NCBI GenBank assembly: GCA_040954595.2
Contig: CM082589.2
Location: 7,694,132 to 7,758,131 of the forward strand
DNA from: Balanoglossus misakiensis
Lineage: Eukaryota > Animalia > Hemichordata
Direction of reading: 5' to 3'
DNA length: 64,000 nt
The notes beneath the pieces were generated by a model. That model had not been told where the DNA came from and did not search any database. It was given only the letters and a program-made list of their open reading frames with translations. Shown here one piece after another: positions 52,157-64,000 of this stretch. Each line of letters begins with the position of its first letter. The stretch's first letter is position 1. A program made the position numbers and the translations under genes.

Positions 52157-55100
52157 AGGTACACAGTGCATATTTTAAGAAATGTATTAATACATGTCGT
52201 CGATGATTGATGGAATTTGGCAACAAAAATATACTTTATTCAAATTACTCCGGAAGTAGAGGAAGAAATGAGAAGCGTTGGTGACTAACCTGTAATGTCA
52301 CGTGATCACTATGTCTAAAATTAGACTGCTGCAATATGTTTTTTGACCAACTCATGAGTTCTTTTTCTCATCAAAAATAACTTAGAACTTTTATAGAGTC
52401 CATCAAATACTGGGAAGAAATAAATCAATATAGGATGCATTGCCGTCCGAACAATGAAAGAATATACAGAAACTAGTTTCACGAGTAATGCGCGGTGTAT
52501 TCTGCCGCAGTATTTTCACGAGCGCAGAATTAAACAACACTTACAGGCGTCTTGATAATCATTGAGCACTGTAGCGTAAGAGTAAATAAAAATTGTGCAA
52601 AGATTCACCATCAGGATATCTAATATTCAGGTTTTAGGTGATGTGGTTTATAGGTTTTACCTATGATACTCACCACAAACGGTCGGTTCGAATTGTATAA
52701 GAGTTGTATGCGTACAATACCTGCATGTGGCCGCATTGCAATGTTTGTTTTCAACAGAATATTAGATCCAGATATTGTAATTTACTACTGTCCCACGCGG
52801 AACTGACAACTGGGTGCCTTGGATATTCTATTTAGAAATGAAATTTAAATATTGACCCGTTTACTACATAGTAAACTGAAAAATGGGTGTAGACGTTATA
52901 AATTTACTCGACTAAAATAAAAAAGGAACCATCAATTCTGGTAGCATATAGGCCTATGTGCGCCCAGGTACATGTACCTAATGTGTTATACCAGGTTATC
53001 ATATCTGTTCAACAGTTCTTTTCTCATTTTTTTCTTATTTTAGTTCACGAAAAGTTTGAAGGGATACAGTGTCTATAGTATATATTTGAGAAATGTCGTT
53101 TGGTTTGTAAATACGGGTTCCAGCTTGAACTACGCGCGCACCAGCCTGGTTCCACATGTTGTTGTTGACCGGGGTTGATCAGATTGTTTCTTCTATAATT
53201 GCAAAATACACTGTTCTCTTCCAGATAACCCAACCAAGCATAGGACCATCATTAAGCCGAACAATCGACAACAGAATTTAAGTAGTACAGCTTGTCTCAT
53301 GCAGGTCTGTGCGTCTGCATGGGTCCACATCTTTCCTTTTAAAGCATCTAGAGCTTCCACTTTTTGCATTATTCTCATGATTTTATTTTCCAACCTAAAA
53401 TTGGTCCATCTAAATAAGCTTGCTGATAGGTATACATGAACACCTTATCGATGCCCGACAGTGACTGCGTGTTGCAATTCGAACACGCTATGTACTAAAA
53501 CCGTGCCACACCGATTTAATCAGCCTCAATTCAAACAGTACGCAGCTATCGTGGTATGCGTCGCCAAGAGATAATTAGGAATACATTTGAAGTATTTTAC
53601 TGTGGAAAGAATATGTGAAATTTGACAGCTATAGGGGCTTTAAACGTGGTTCAAGACAGCTTTTTAACCTTTGAGCGCGTCTGCCGCACACACCCACATT
53701 TCACAACCGAAAAACGCAAACGTACAAAATGCCTCCATAGAAATGTTTCAACAAGCCTCTTAAATGCTATTTAAAATGATATTTGATATTTGAATAATGG
53801 CCCGATACTGTAAACTGGGTGCCTTTGTAACTCCAGATAGATTGAAAACTGAAAGGTGACCCGTTTTAACTGATATATGGGTGTGAATGCAATAAATTTA
53901 CAGTGCGAGACTAAAATGGCATTATTTCTAGTAGTATGTGGTGTGTGCGTAATATAATTGGAAACACTGTGCCATGCAAAATGAACACCCATGTAACTTC
54001 ACAGTTGTTCAAATTTTTATAACAAGACCCGCATTGAGAGCATATCCATGGAAACTCATACAAGATGTGAGTGTTAATCGCTCACCGAGAGGCAAATGCT
54101 AACATATACGACAGTTCAACGCAACCAAAAAGTCAGGTAACCTAATTTCATTTTAATTATATTACATTTTGAAGCAATCAACACATGTATGCAATGACAA
54201 TAAGTTGTATCCATAAAATCAACATACGCATTTATTGTACAGACAATATGTTTCCCCTCTGTCAGTTTTACTGTACACGGTTTATACAATCTTTGTTATA
54301 GGCCCATCCTTTATGTGAAAAGATGGCTACAGAAGTTAAATGTTTTAGTGCTAATTTGTCAAGTCAAATTTCATCAGTTGTAAAATGGTAATAACAAATT
54401 GAATTGCCTTTCTTATCGGTATCGTTTATTTTCAACACAATGTGCGACAAATAATGCTACTGGTTACATGAATGCATGACACTACACTTGACAACGACAT
54501 TTTTACGCTGCTATTAAACTTTTGGAGCATCTTTAGGCCGTTAGGGACTGTCCAGAATTTACTTCTAGGGGGGCTGGAGGATTTTCAGGGGGGGCACCCA
54601 TTTTCCCCAAGAAAAATTAGGGGCGGTCAGACATAAAAATCACAATCCTTTAGGGGGGGCCATGTAAAAAAAACCCTCACATACTCAATATTTGCCCAGA
54701 AGTACTGATTTATAAGAAACAAACCAGCATGGCTACCTGGATGACAGATGAACACCACAAGCGTATTATTAAATCACCATAAGCTGGAATTTCAGGTAAT
54801 TTTTACGGTGGTGTATTTCGTATATGTACTACAGTTTCTTGTTCTACTCTGTGAAGCATAATAAAATGCCCAGTATTTGGCCTGCCAGCATAGACCATAT
54901 ATGTACAGTGAACAGTCAGTGTTGTTACTGTTGACGAGCTCAATTTAAGTCCAGACTAGAATTCGTTAATTTTCTCATCAATCATTCATATATGTTTATA
55001 AAAAAGTTAATTTGCTTTTGGGTTCATTAAAATGCAGCTTTGAGCTCTGTATTTTATAAAATTTTCTTACGTGGGAGGGGGACATCCCTCCCAAACCCAC

Positions 55101-55423
55101 TCCCTTCACTTCTCGGTTTACAATATCTGCCAACACAGAATACAAATACTTAAAAAATATAAACAATGTTCAGTTTTAATATCCACTGATGAGGAAAAAC
55201 ATCAGTTTCAAATTCTATATATATGGAGCGAATTGTACCCAAATCGAGTGTATACCCGACTGAGGCGGGGGTTATTGCTATTCTATTATATCAACAATTG
55301 TTTTTGTGGCATATCAGTGTCATTTTCTTACCGAAACGGCGTCAGAAAGAGAAATTTCGATCGTGAACCAACATGGCGACGATGAATGTAAACACGAGCG
55401 GCCGGGATCGAGCATTAAACATG

Positions 55424-55863
55424 TAGTCTAGAATCTATCCGTTCGTAGTCGCATTCACCCTACTACCGTCTAGCAACGCAGAACCACAATCTAGTAAGGC
55501 CATAAAAATGGTAATTTGAATGTGAATAGTCTCCAACTGAGCAGTCTGACGTCAGAGAAGTCAATCACTTACGTTGACCGACTACTGATTGGCCGTTGAT
55601 GGCATGGGTGTTTCTCATTATTATTCATATATGCCCAATTATGGCACATGTTGTGGCTGCATTGACAATCGCGGGAAATTCGCATGTAGCTCCGCCCCGA
55701 ATGATACATAATCATGATCACGTGGTGACGCTTGACGTCAGATTGCTCATTTGGAGACTATTCACATTCAAATTACCATTTTTATGGCCTTACTAGATTT
55801 TGGTTCTGCGTTGCTAGACGGTAGTAGGGTGAATGCGACTACGAACGGATAGATTCTAGACTA
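55424..55863. mobile_element. MITE with ~110 bp TIRs (TAGTCTAG...) and 9-bp TSD TTAAACATG
   Basis: TIR tagtctagaatctatccgttcgtagtcgcattcaccctactaccgtctagc... and its reverse complement. TSD at 55415-55423 and 55864-55872. Confidence 0.95.
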
Positions 55864-56658
55864 TTAAACATGAAGAAGAAGACAAAAAGTGACAAGACGG
55901 GCATCGCGTGTGGCAATGTGACAAATATTTCCACAGAGCAGTTCCAAAATAAAACGTTCGTTAATTCAACTGTATTTTTATTTTATTTATTTGGTTTAAA
56001 TACAAGCGACTGTGGCACATTATGCTGCCGCATGCTGGTTCAGGGGCCCGTTTTAGCAGTGCTATAATGAGTATTTTAGCATCGCTGGATTGAGCTCTCG
56101 TCCAATCATAATTATGGCAATTTGCGAAAATTACGGACCGAAAACCTAAACGGCCGCGGGTCGAAACATCCAGTCATGGGTGGAAGAATTTCGGGCAAAT
56201 TTCCCAGCAAATGTCAATAAGAAACCCAGCCACACTAAGTTTTTAAAAAAATGGTGTAAGAAGGAAAATGCACAACAAGTTACTTTCTGGAACACAATTT
56301 TCATTTTCATGGCGCCCTTTGGATCATCATTATGCATATTCCAAAACGTAGGTGGCCATCATTTTTTTTGTGATCGTTGTGCATGATCTAATAGATCTAT
56401 TTATAAAGCGTTTTTGACGTCTCGTCGGCAATCATCTCCTTCACGTCGTTTGTTTCACTATACCCTGCATGTCACATCACCATTATTGTTTTCTTCTCTT
56501 TTTTTGAAACCGCCGGGTTACGAGAATAGCTGTAATCCTGGTACTAAGGGTTTGATAAGAAGGGCAAAGGTCGTCTTAATGCCCTCACACAACGAAAAGG
56601 TACATATGTCGGGTCAACCCAAGTCAAGTCAACTCGTGTTCTTTGTATGTCTGCAAAC

Positions 56659-59600
56659 ATGGCCGATGCTTTTCAGCTTAATGCAGACTATTACCGCGTA
56701 CCTGGTGAATACACATACGATGGTGTATATTATTGCCATTATGTCAGAAAGGACATTCTTGAAAATCCAGAACTTGTGCAAGTCAAGCCAGATGATTGCT
56801 TTGTGGTTTCGTATCCTAAATCAGGTAAGTTTTAATGAAATGACCTTGAGAATTATGAACTAGGTCAAAGAGTCATTTCGAACGGCACCTCGGGTTCTAA
56901 GTTATCGTGTGTTTTCTACTCATGGCCGTAGAACTCATAGGGATATATCGAGCAACATGGTTGGGTCACAACTTTGCAAAACTGTACCAACGGGGCCAAA
57001 ATTGAAAGCAACCCTGAAAAGGAACAGAGCACAACAGAGCCAGACACGTCAAAGTTTCGGTCAAAACGAACGAGAACATGCTGACACTAAACATGAAATC
57101 TAGCAAGATATTCAACAACGAGGTACCTTCATGAAAAAACTGACCTTTGACCAGTGGGTAATTTAGACATCATGTCTGATTATTATCGCTGCCCTTTTTC
57201 CATTAATTATGTTTGATAACAGACAGTGCTTATATTAATGTACATGTGTATATGTAGTGAATGAACGTTTAACTATACACAACTTCAATCCCACTTGTAT
57301 GATATCAGAGTAAAAACTGGCCCAAAATGAATAAATGGTAGAGAACGATTATTCATTTTGGCGAGTTTTTTAACTTTTGTGAAACGTGAATCTTTTATAG
57401 AAATCATCAAAAAGCATTCATTTGCAGTTTAAGGAAAGTGACTTGAGAGTAATATTTTCTTTTTGTCTTGTTTCACGAAACACAGGAACAACATGGACAC
57501 TGGAATTGACACAGTTGATTATGAATCAAGGGGACACTTCTTTCTCAGAGGCTTGCCACCATTTTGACCGGATACCCTTCATTGAATACAAAAACCCAAT
57601 TAACCCTCAGTACGTGACTCAGTTACATTCAAATATTAGCCAAACTATACCAGTCAGTAATTGGAGCATGTAAAGACCACACGTTCTTTGCTTTCCCCAT
57701 TCGCCATTGAAAAATCCACAAGAATTTGCCTAGAGCAGTGCAGCGAATATCTGCCGGGAAGAATGACTCCAACTGCCCTCAGTGGCCACTTCTATATAGC
57801 GGCCACTTTGTTACAGTCCATGTACATTAATAGACCAGTCTGTTAGAGGCCATCTGTCTATAAAGGCCTGTTTAGGAAAGTCCCTTGACTGGCCACTATA
57901 GACAGGTTTGACTGTAATTACTGATACGTCAAAAGGCACCATCATTATCGTCTCTTGCTCCTCAGTGCATAAAGTTTGCAAAACACTCTATGCTACATAG
58001 AGAAAAAATGGAACCGGTACGGTTTGCCAAGGTTCTGTAGACAAACACAAAATGCCATTTTGGGTAGACATTGGCGTCCACCGTCCTATACCGGTCACCC
58101 ACAATTCGTTAGGAGATCAAAATGTAGAGCCCCTTTTTACGAATGACAACAAAATAGACAGTAAATAATGCACATTGTAACCTTTATCTCTACGTGAACG
58201 GGTCTGTCTGTAGCACGACTGATTTTTTTACATGATAAACTTTCCTGGTGTGCATATTTTTGTCCAAACTAAATGGAAAACGCTTGTCTTATATGCACGG
58301 GTCGTGACCTTTGCAGGCGAAGATGAGATGTAATATGCACGAGTCGACGAGTCAAACTTCTGACGGGTAACTCTTTATTCTCACGTTTTATGCGAAAATT
58401 AACAGATGGGAAGGCTTGAAAATGATGGAAAATATGAAATCACCGCGTCTTCTGAAAAGTCATCTGCCAGTCCATCACTTCCCGGTCGAAGCTCTTAAAA
58501 TGGGATGCAAGGTAATGTTTGTAGTACATTCAAACGGGTGGCACGCACGCATGCGTCGTTTGACTTAATTCAAACACCACTTGACTGTTGTATTAATGGC
58601 GTTTTCAGTGATAAAAATCACATCTTCTCTTATCTTTGAATTTTCAGATCATATTTGTCGCTAGGAACCCAAAAGATACTGCCGTTTCTTATTATCATTT
58701 TTATAAGGCATTGAAGGACAGTTTTGGTGACTTTGAGGGAAGATTTTCTGACTTTCTGAAACTGTTCATGAACAATAAAGGTGGGTATCACTTGCCATGT
58801 GCTTGTCTCAGCACACGTTTGTGTATCTTTGACGACGTATTGTGGATCCCCCTTTACCTTTGGGTCACACCAATTCTAATTTTGGTAAAATATATATGCG
58901 TTTTCATTCAATGATAATCGCGGTTTTCATTATTCATACAGTTGTAGATGGTGACTGGTTTGATCACACACTTGGTTGGTGGAAGTATGCACAAGATAAT
59001 GATATTTTGTTTCTGAAATACGAAGATATGACAAAGGTAAAGTGAAGCTGTTTACAACATAAAATGCTACTATCTGAAAGGAACTATACTACATGTATAT
59101 GACGTCAAGATTGATGCCCGAACAGATATACCCATGTTTTAGACGATAATTTCTCCCCATCGTGTACATACTTTAATTCGTGACAGCGCCCAAGGGAAGC
59201 GACTATGAAGATTGCGAAGTATTTGAACTTTGACCTCAGTGACGACACCATCGATAAGATCACCGACTATTGCTCATTTGGCAACATGAAGACAAACAAG
59301 GCTGTAAATTATGAAGCGATCAAAGGTCAGCAGGTCATCAGAAAAGGTATGAGTAAGCAGAGGTCTACATATCTTTCTTTTATGCATTTGACTGAATTAT
59401 TTTTTTTTGTTTTATATACTTTAATTCTGTGGGGGTTTTTTTGTCTTCTTAACTGGCCATTTAAATAACAATATTTGTTCATGGATTTTATTTTGCAACG
59501 TGGTTACAATTATTTAACCAGAAAGCCGAAAACAACTTTCAATTGTTTTCTCTGTATTTGATTTACTAGGAGGATCCGGTGGCTGGAAGAACCATTTCAC

Positions 59601-59676
59601 AGTATTTGAAAATGAAGCCTTTGAGAAAATATACAACGAACGAATGAAAGGGTCTGGGTTATCTTTTGAATGGTAA
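56659..59676 (+). CDS. Cytosolic (SULT1-like) sulfotransferase, ~296 aa. Exons: 56659-56824, 57486-57609, 58406-58511, 58648-58780, 58942-59036, 59187-59346, 59570-59676
   Basis: 5'-PSB loop SYPKSGTTW, PRLLKSHLP (catalytic His), 3'-PB RNPKDTAVSYYHF, LFLKYEDM, RKGGSGGWKNHFT. Splice phases are consistent; AATAAA at ~59818. Confidence 0.93.
57765..57916. mobile_element. Partial Tc1/mariner-type non-autonomous element end in a sulfotransferase intron
   Basis: Ends ...acaggtttgactg|ta with internal tggccact subrepeats; no clear left TIR. Confidence 0.4.
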
Positions 59677-62600
59677 CAAGGAAACTGGTCTAAAATTAAT
59701 TATAAGTGCAGTGATATTGAAACACGAAATCAACCAAGAGGCGAATGTATTGTTCGCATTGGATATGCATGCTTATTTGATTATGAAATGTAATATCCAA
59801 ACTTTCATTGTGCACTGAATAAAGCGGCGGTGTTTACAATACTTCGAACCCCTTTGTTGTTGTAATTCCATTTTTTCAGCGCGACCTTAATTTTTTTGTC
59901 GGTGACAGAAAGATTAGTCTGGACAGTAATAAATGTCTCTCTCGGTCCAACCTATCCTAGATAATCCCTGAAATTTATAAATTAGCGTTACCATGAGAGT
60001 GGGTGATTTTACAATGTGTCGATGTCCGCAGTGTTAAGGTCAGCGTCACGGTGATTGTGTCAAGTCAACTCAGTGTGCAGCGGCCGTAGTACATCATACA
60101 TGAACGGTAAAACAATCGTATGTAGCTAGCGAGGTTGTTCAGAAATATTTCAGAAATTTGCACTTCCTTTCATCTACTAGTACATTTTCGGCGGAAAAGA
60201 TAAGTCCTCTGATGGAAAATGTGAAATGTGCATTGCTGTACAAAAGTCGGCTGTATGGAGCTTAGATAAGCTTAGAATCGGCAGACGTACACGCGTAGAA
60301 CGCATTGCCTAGCCTGGTAGAACTATGACATACACTTTGAAATACTTTGACTTTCAGAATTTTGAACTTCGTTTCATCTCCTTTTCGGGGAAGAAAAGAC
60401 GAATCATTTAAAGAACTGTGTGAAATGTGCTTTGGTTTTCAAAAAATCGGCAGTGCGTGTCACTAGCCGATCCGACACTCACTGGCTATTGACAGGCGCC
60501 TGTCATTAGACACTCCCATAAAAAAGACATGCTGAGAAATGCTAGACCTGCTAAAACTGTCTACAAATTGAAAAGAGAGAGAGAAGTTTGGTAAATAGTT
60601 TTCTAATATCGTCATTTCATAATATCAAATGTTATAAATATCGACCATCATGCATCGCTGGGAGGATCGGGAGGGCGCCGTTGGAATACCAATGAGCTGT
60701 ACACATATACATTTCACTCAACGGGCCCTAATGTGTTCAGATTGCGACGCATTAACACATGGCTGTTGGCTGTATGATAAACTTTCCCCTTCTGAAGCGG
60801 CAATTTGGCATTTCCTTGCTAGTAGTACCCAAGACATTCTGGGCGAACATAAGTGCATATGCGTGTTTGTGAGAATCGAGACTGACCAGACAGTAACACA
60901 CACGCTGGCGATGATGCTGAAAGACTCCTACTGTGATCAGATTTTGACACATCGACATACCACTCTAATAATGTACCGAACGTTCCCTTGTCAACAACCG
61001 ATTTGACAAGTTGCGCGGTAACTGCCGTAAAAGTGTAGTCAAGATATTCAGAGCGACCTGACAATTAGCATGTGAAGTAGACTCGACTAGTTTTAGCGCC
61101 CCCATTCCTAATCTACAACAGGCATGTTGCGCAAATTTAAAATAATTTCGATACAATTGCCGGGGCTTCTTTACAAGTAGCACTACAAGTCTGACGTTTC
61201 TTCATCTTCGCTGATATTGCTGGTATGTTTATTGTTTATCATGAATATGTCTGTTTTGCTTGTGCTTGTTTGTGTTTTGTGTGTTGTCGTTGGACGTTTT
61301 CTTAGTAATTTTAGTCTGGATAGATTTGATATAACTTTTATTAGCCCGACTTCATAAACATACATCTGCTTACATTAGCTTTACAGTTTTTAAATGTATG
61401 GCATCCCTTCAAATTGAAACTCTATTCTTACTGTGCTTAAATTCATAAGGATTTTTACCGTTTGTATGATAGAAAATAAACATTAGCCAAGGGAGTGCGA
61501 AAGTACCAGTCTATATTTGTTGCTGTGATATATATTTAATTTCCAGCATTTTAGTTCATATAGTCACCATCCAGTTATTGATATTAACTCTCCAACGTCC
61601 ATCTTGTGTAGAGGTTCAATCTCAGACCACCACAAGCCTGCTACGCAACAATCTGATTAAAATCAGATGTAGGGAACGGCGACGTGGCAACGCAAGTATC
61701 GTAGTTACTAATAAGATGTATTGGTTTTATTTCAAACTTAATATGAAACGATACGGGCAAAGAGGGATTATATTTTAACTTTGTGTTATCTGTTAAGTGT
61801 TTGTATTGCTGTGAAATGTTTTCGTTTACTTCCTCTGTCATTTTTGTAATGGTCAATTAAATGTCAATTTTTCATCGACATAACTAAGGTACCGCATTCT
61901 CCCACGCACCATCCAATTATTGCCATGGTTTTTGTTTAATGTTTAAAGTCACATTAGTGATGTGAATTAGTAATGAGGTGATTGGTACTGGGTAACAGTT
62001 GCACCCAGATTCATGTACTATGCATATCAACTCTGCTCTCCATCGTGTCATTGCAGTTCACACAGGCGTTGAAGAATGAGTACTGGTGATCGTACAAAAA
62101 TAAAACGCGAGGAGAAATGTAGGCACCCGGATGGCATAACGGTGGCCTACATAAATGATGTGATAGATGACATTCAACAAATGGAAAGGAAAATATCTTA
62201 CATGGAACTGGAATGTTTTCGATATTGCCAGCACTTACTAGAGAGGAAACCTCAACATGTAAGTCTATTCGCCTCTGAATATTCCATCCCGTGGTGTCTT
62301 TGGTATTGCTCAATTTATGGTCTGATTTTGACATTGGCATCCTTTCGGCCAGAGATGAAAAACAATGTTGTGTCATGTCGCGCGTTTATTTGCCTATGAT
62401 TTTTTGTATATTATGTAATTACATTGAATATGGACAAATTGTTTCTTTTTGGTAGATTTGGAAGAATGCTGCATTTCACATTCGCTTGAGGCGCATGAAC
62501 GTGACAATAACCGCAGGAGATGGCAGACACAGATTCGATATCAACTTGCGCGGGAATTCTACATCGCCCGAAAGTAAATATAACCATTAATAAAAAAATT

Positions 62601-63916
62601 GTGTTGTTAGCATTTCAAGAGAGGGTGGGGGAGAGAGGGAGTTAAAGACAAACAGACAGACAGTCAGATTCAGCACCGATATGGACAAAAAATCGGCTAT
62701 ATTGCATTGATCGCCCCTCTCTTTATTTCGCACGCTTGCCACCGTGACGAATGCGAAATTACGGATTCTGTCAGTTCCATAGTTAAACGAACGTATCTAG
62801 TTAATACGATTTGCATCTTTTTAGAGTGATGTGTTGACACTTAGTAATTTCGGTTGAACGTTGATCTTCGATCATTATGATCAGGCACCACAATTCATCA
62901 CTGTGAAACTGATATAATTCAGATTACCAGGCGTTTTGCAGGGAAACGCTTTTTGAAGGTTGTCATTTGTATTCTGGATTTCACAGTTGAAAAGTAAATT
63001 ATTCCAAAATTTTAGTCTTTTTCCTATCTAATTTAATCACAGGCCCGGGAGGGATGAGGTGTCTGCCAACGTTCGCAATAGAACACATAATTCATTTTCG
63101 CATTTGTAGTTGAAAGCAGTAAAAATAAAGCTAAAACTAACCTCATTTATATAACGATTGCTCTTTTGTCAGATTCTATTTCGATCCGATGCGACCCCGA
63201 AGTTAATTTCGAGTCAGTTGGTAGAGCAAAGCAGATATTTAAATTCAAGTATGGTTGGACAGAGGGGACCACACCTGCTTAGATTGCTGCTACACAATTC
63301 TGAAAAACGAAATGACGACGGTATGTCATCTTACATGTTTTGTGGCAATTTGTTACACAGTTTACGACTCTTAGTAGAGAGTATATTTGGTTACATCGAA
63401 TCCAGACAAGGGGCTAGGAGGGGAAAGGGAGTGAATGAGAATAGGGAAAAGAGACAGGATAGAGAAGAGGGGGAGAGAGAGAGAGAGAGAATGGGGGGGG
63501 GGGCTGGGAAAGAAACAGAGAGAGTTTATTTTGTCCTACCTGCTTATCTGATACAAGGGTTATATTTGTTCATTCTTTTGTAAAAACAAATAATGGCCTG
63601 GTTTTGATGAAAACGTATGTTTGTCATATCTGTCAAAATTCATTTTGTATGCAATCAACAATACCCATGCAACTTTACTGATTTTCCATGAACAGACACT
63701 TCAAAATGCAGAATTTAACATAATCTGTAAAAACGGCAAACTGTTAAGCTGACGGCCGGGAAGGGTGAAAACAAGTTCGAATTTGCCTCGGTTTCAAAGA
63801 AAACGCCGCTATCCACGATATCCAGAGAAGTTTGCCGGGTCGAGTATGTACCAACTTTACCAGATACGAGCGAAGGTAAGTTCTCTCTGTGATCGAGTTA
63901 TTACACTTGTCAAGTT

Positions 63917-64000
<84 letters not shown>
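63917..64000. repeat. (CT)n microsatellite
   Basis: Direct reading. Confidence 0.98.

Larger units (their letters stand above)
30091..54540. repeat. Tandem segmental duplication: unit 1 30091-42366, unit 2 42367-~54540 (NLR gene plus peptide gene)
   Basis: tacatttatctggagaagtcacgccc starts at both 30091 and 42367 (offset 12276), with collinear high identity thereafter. Confidence 0.93.

Noticed and set aside
60650-63583. Scattered 60-140 aa ORFs near the window end
   Set aside because: No recognisable motifs or consistent exon chain.

Overview
AT-rich, intron-containing animal DNA, probably a marine invertebrate; the species cannot be assigned from sequence alone. It holds three gene blocks. 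(1) Two tandem copies of a multi-exon secreted proteinase-K-family (S8A) subtilase fused to two Link modules and a short Cys/Asp-rich tail (4541-10622 and 23197-29395). (2) A ~12.3 kb tandemly duplicated unit (30091-42366 and 42367-~54540). Each unit has, on the + strand, a HEPN(DZIP3-type)-coiled coil-NACHT-LRR-like NLR gene whose frame breaks at the same purine run in both copies. Each unit also has, convergent on the - strand, a small spliced gene missed by the ORF track that encodes a 77-aa secreted six-cysteine peptide. The mature peptide is only ~50% identical between copies, while its signal exon and flanking introns are nearly identical. (3) A 7-exon cytosolic sulfotransferase (56659-59676). 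The intergenic DNA contains MITEs with TAG termini and 9-10 bp TSDs, a Penelope-like relic with a decayed hammerhead ribozyme, a truncated LINE and microsatellites. The best candidate for a new system is the co-duplicated pair of a hypervariable secreted peptide and a HEPN-RNase NLR. All exon models were read by eye from splice motifs and frame continuity; none is backed by transcript data.
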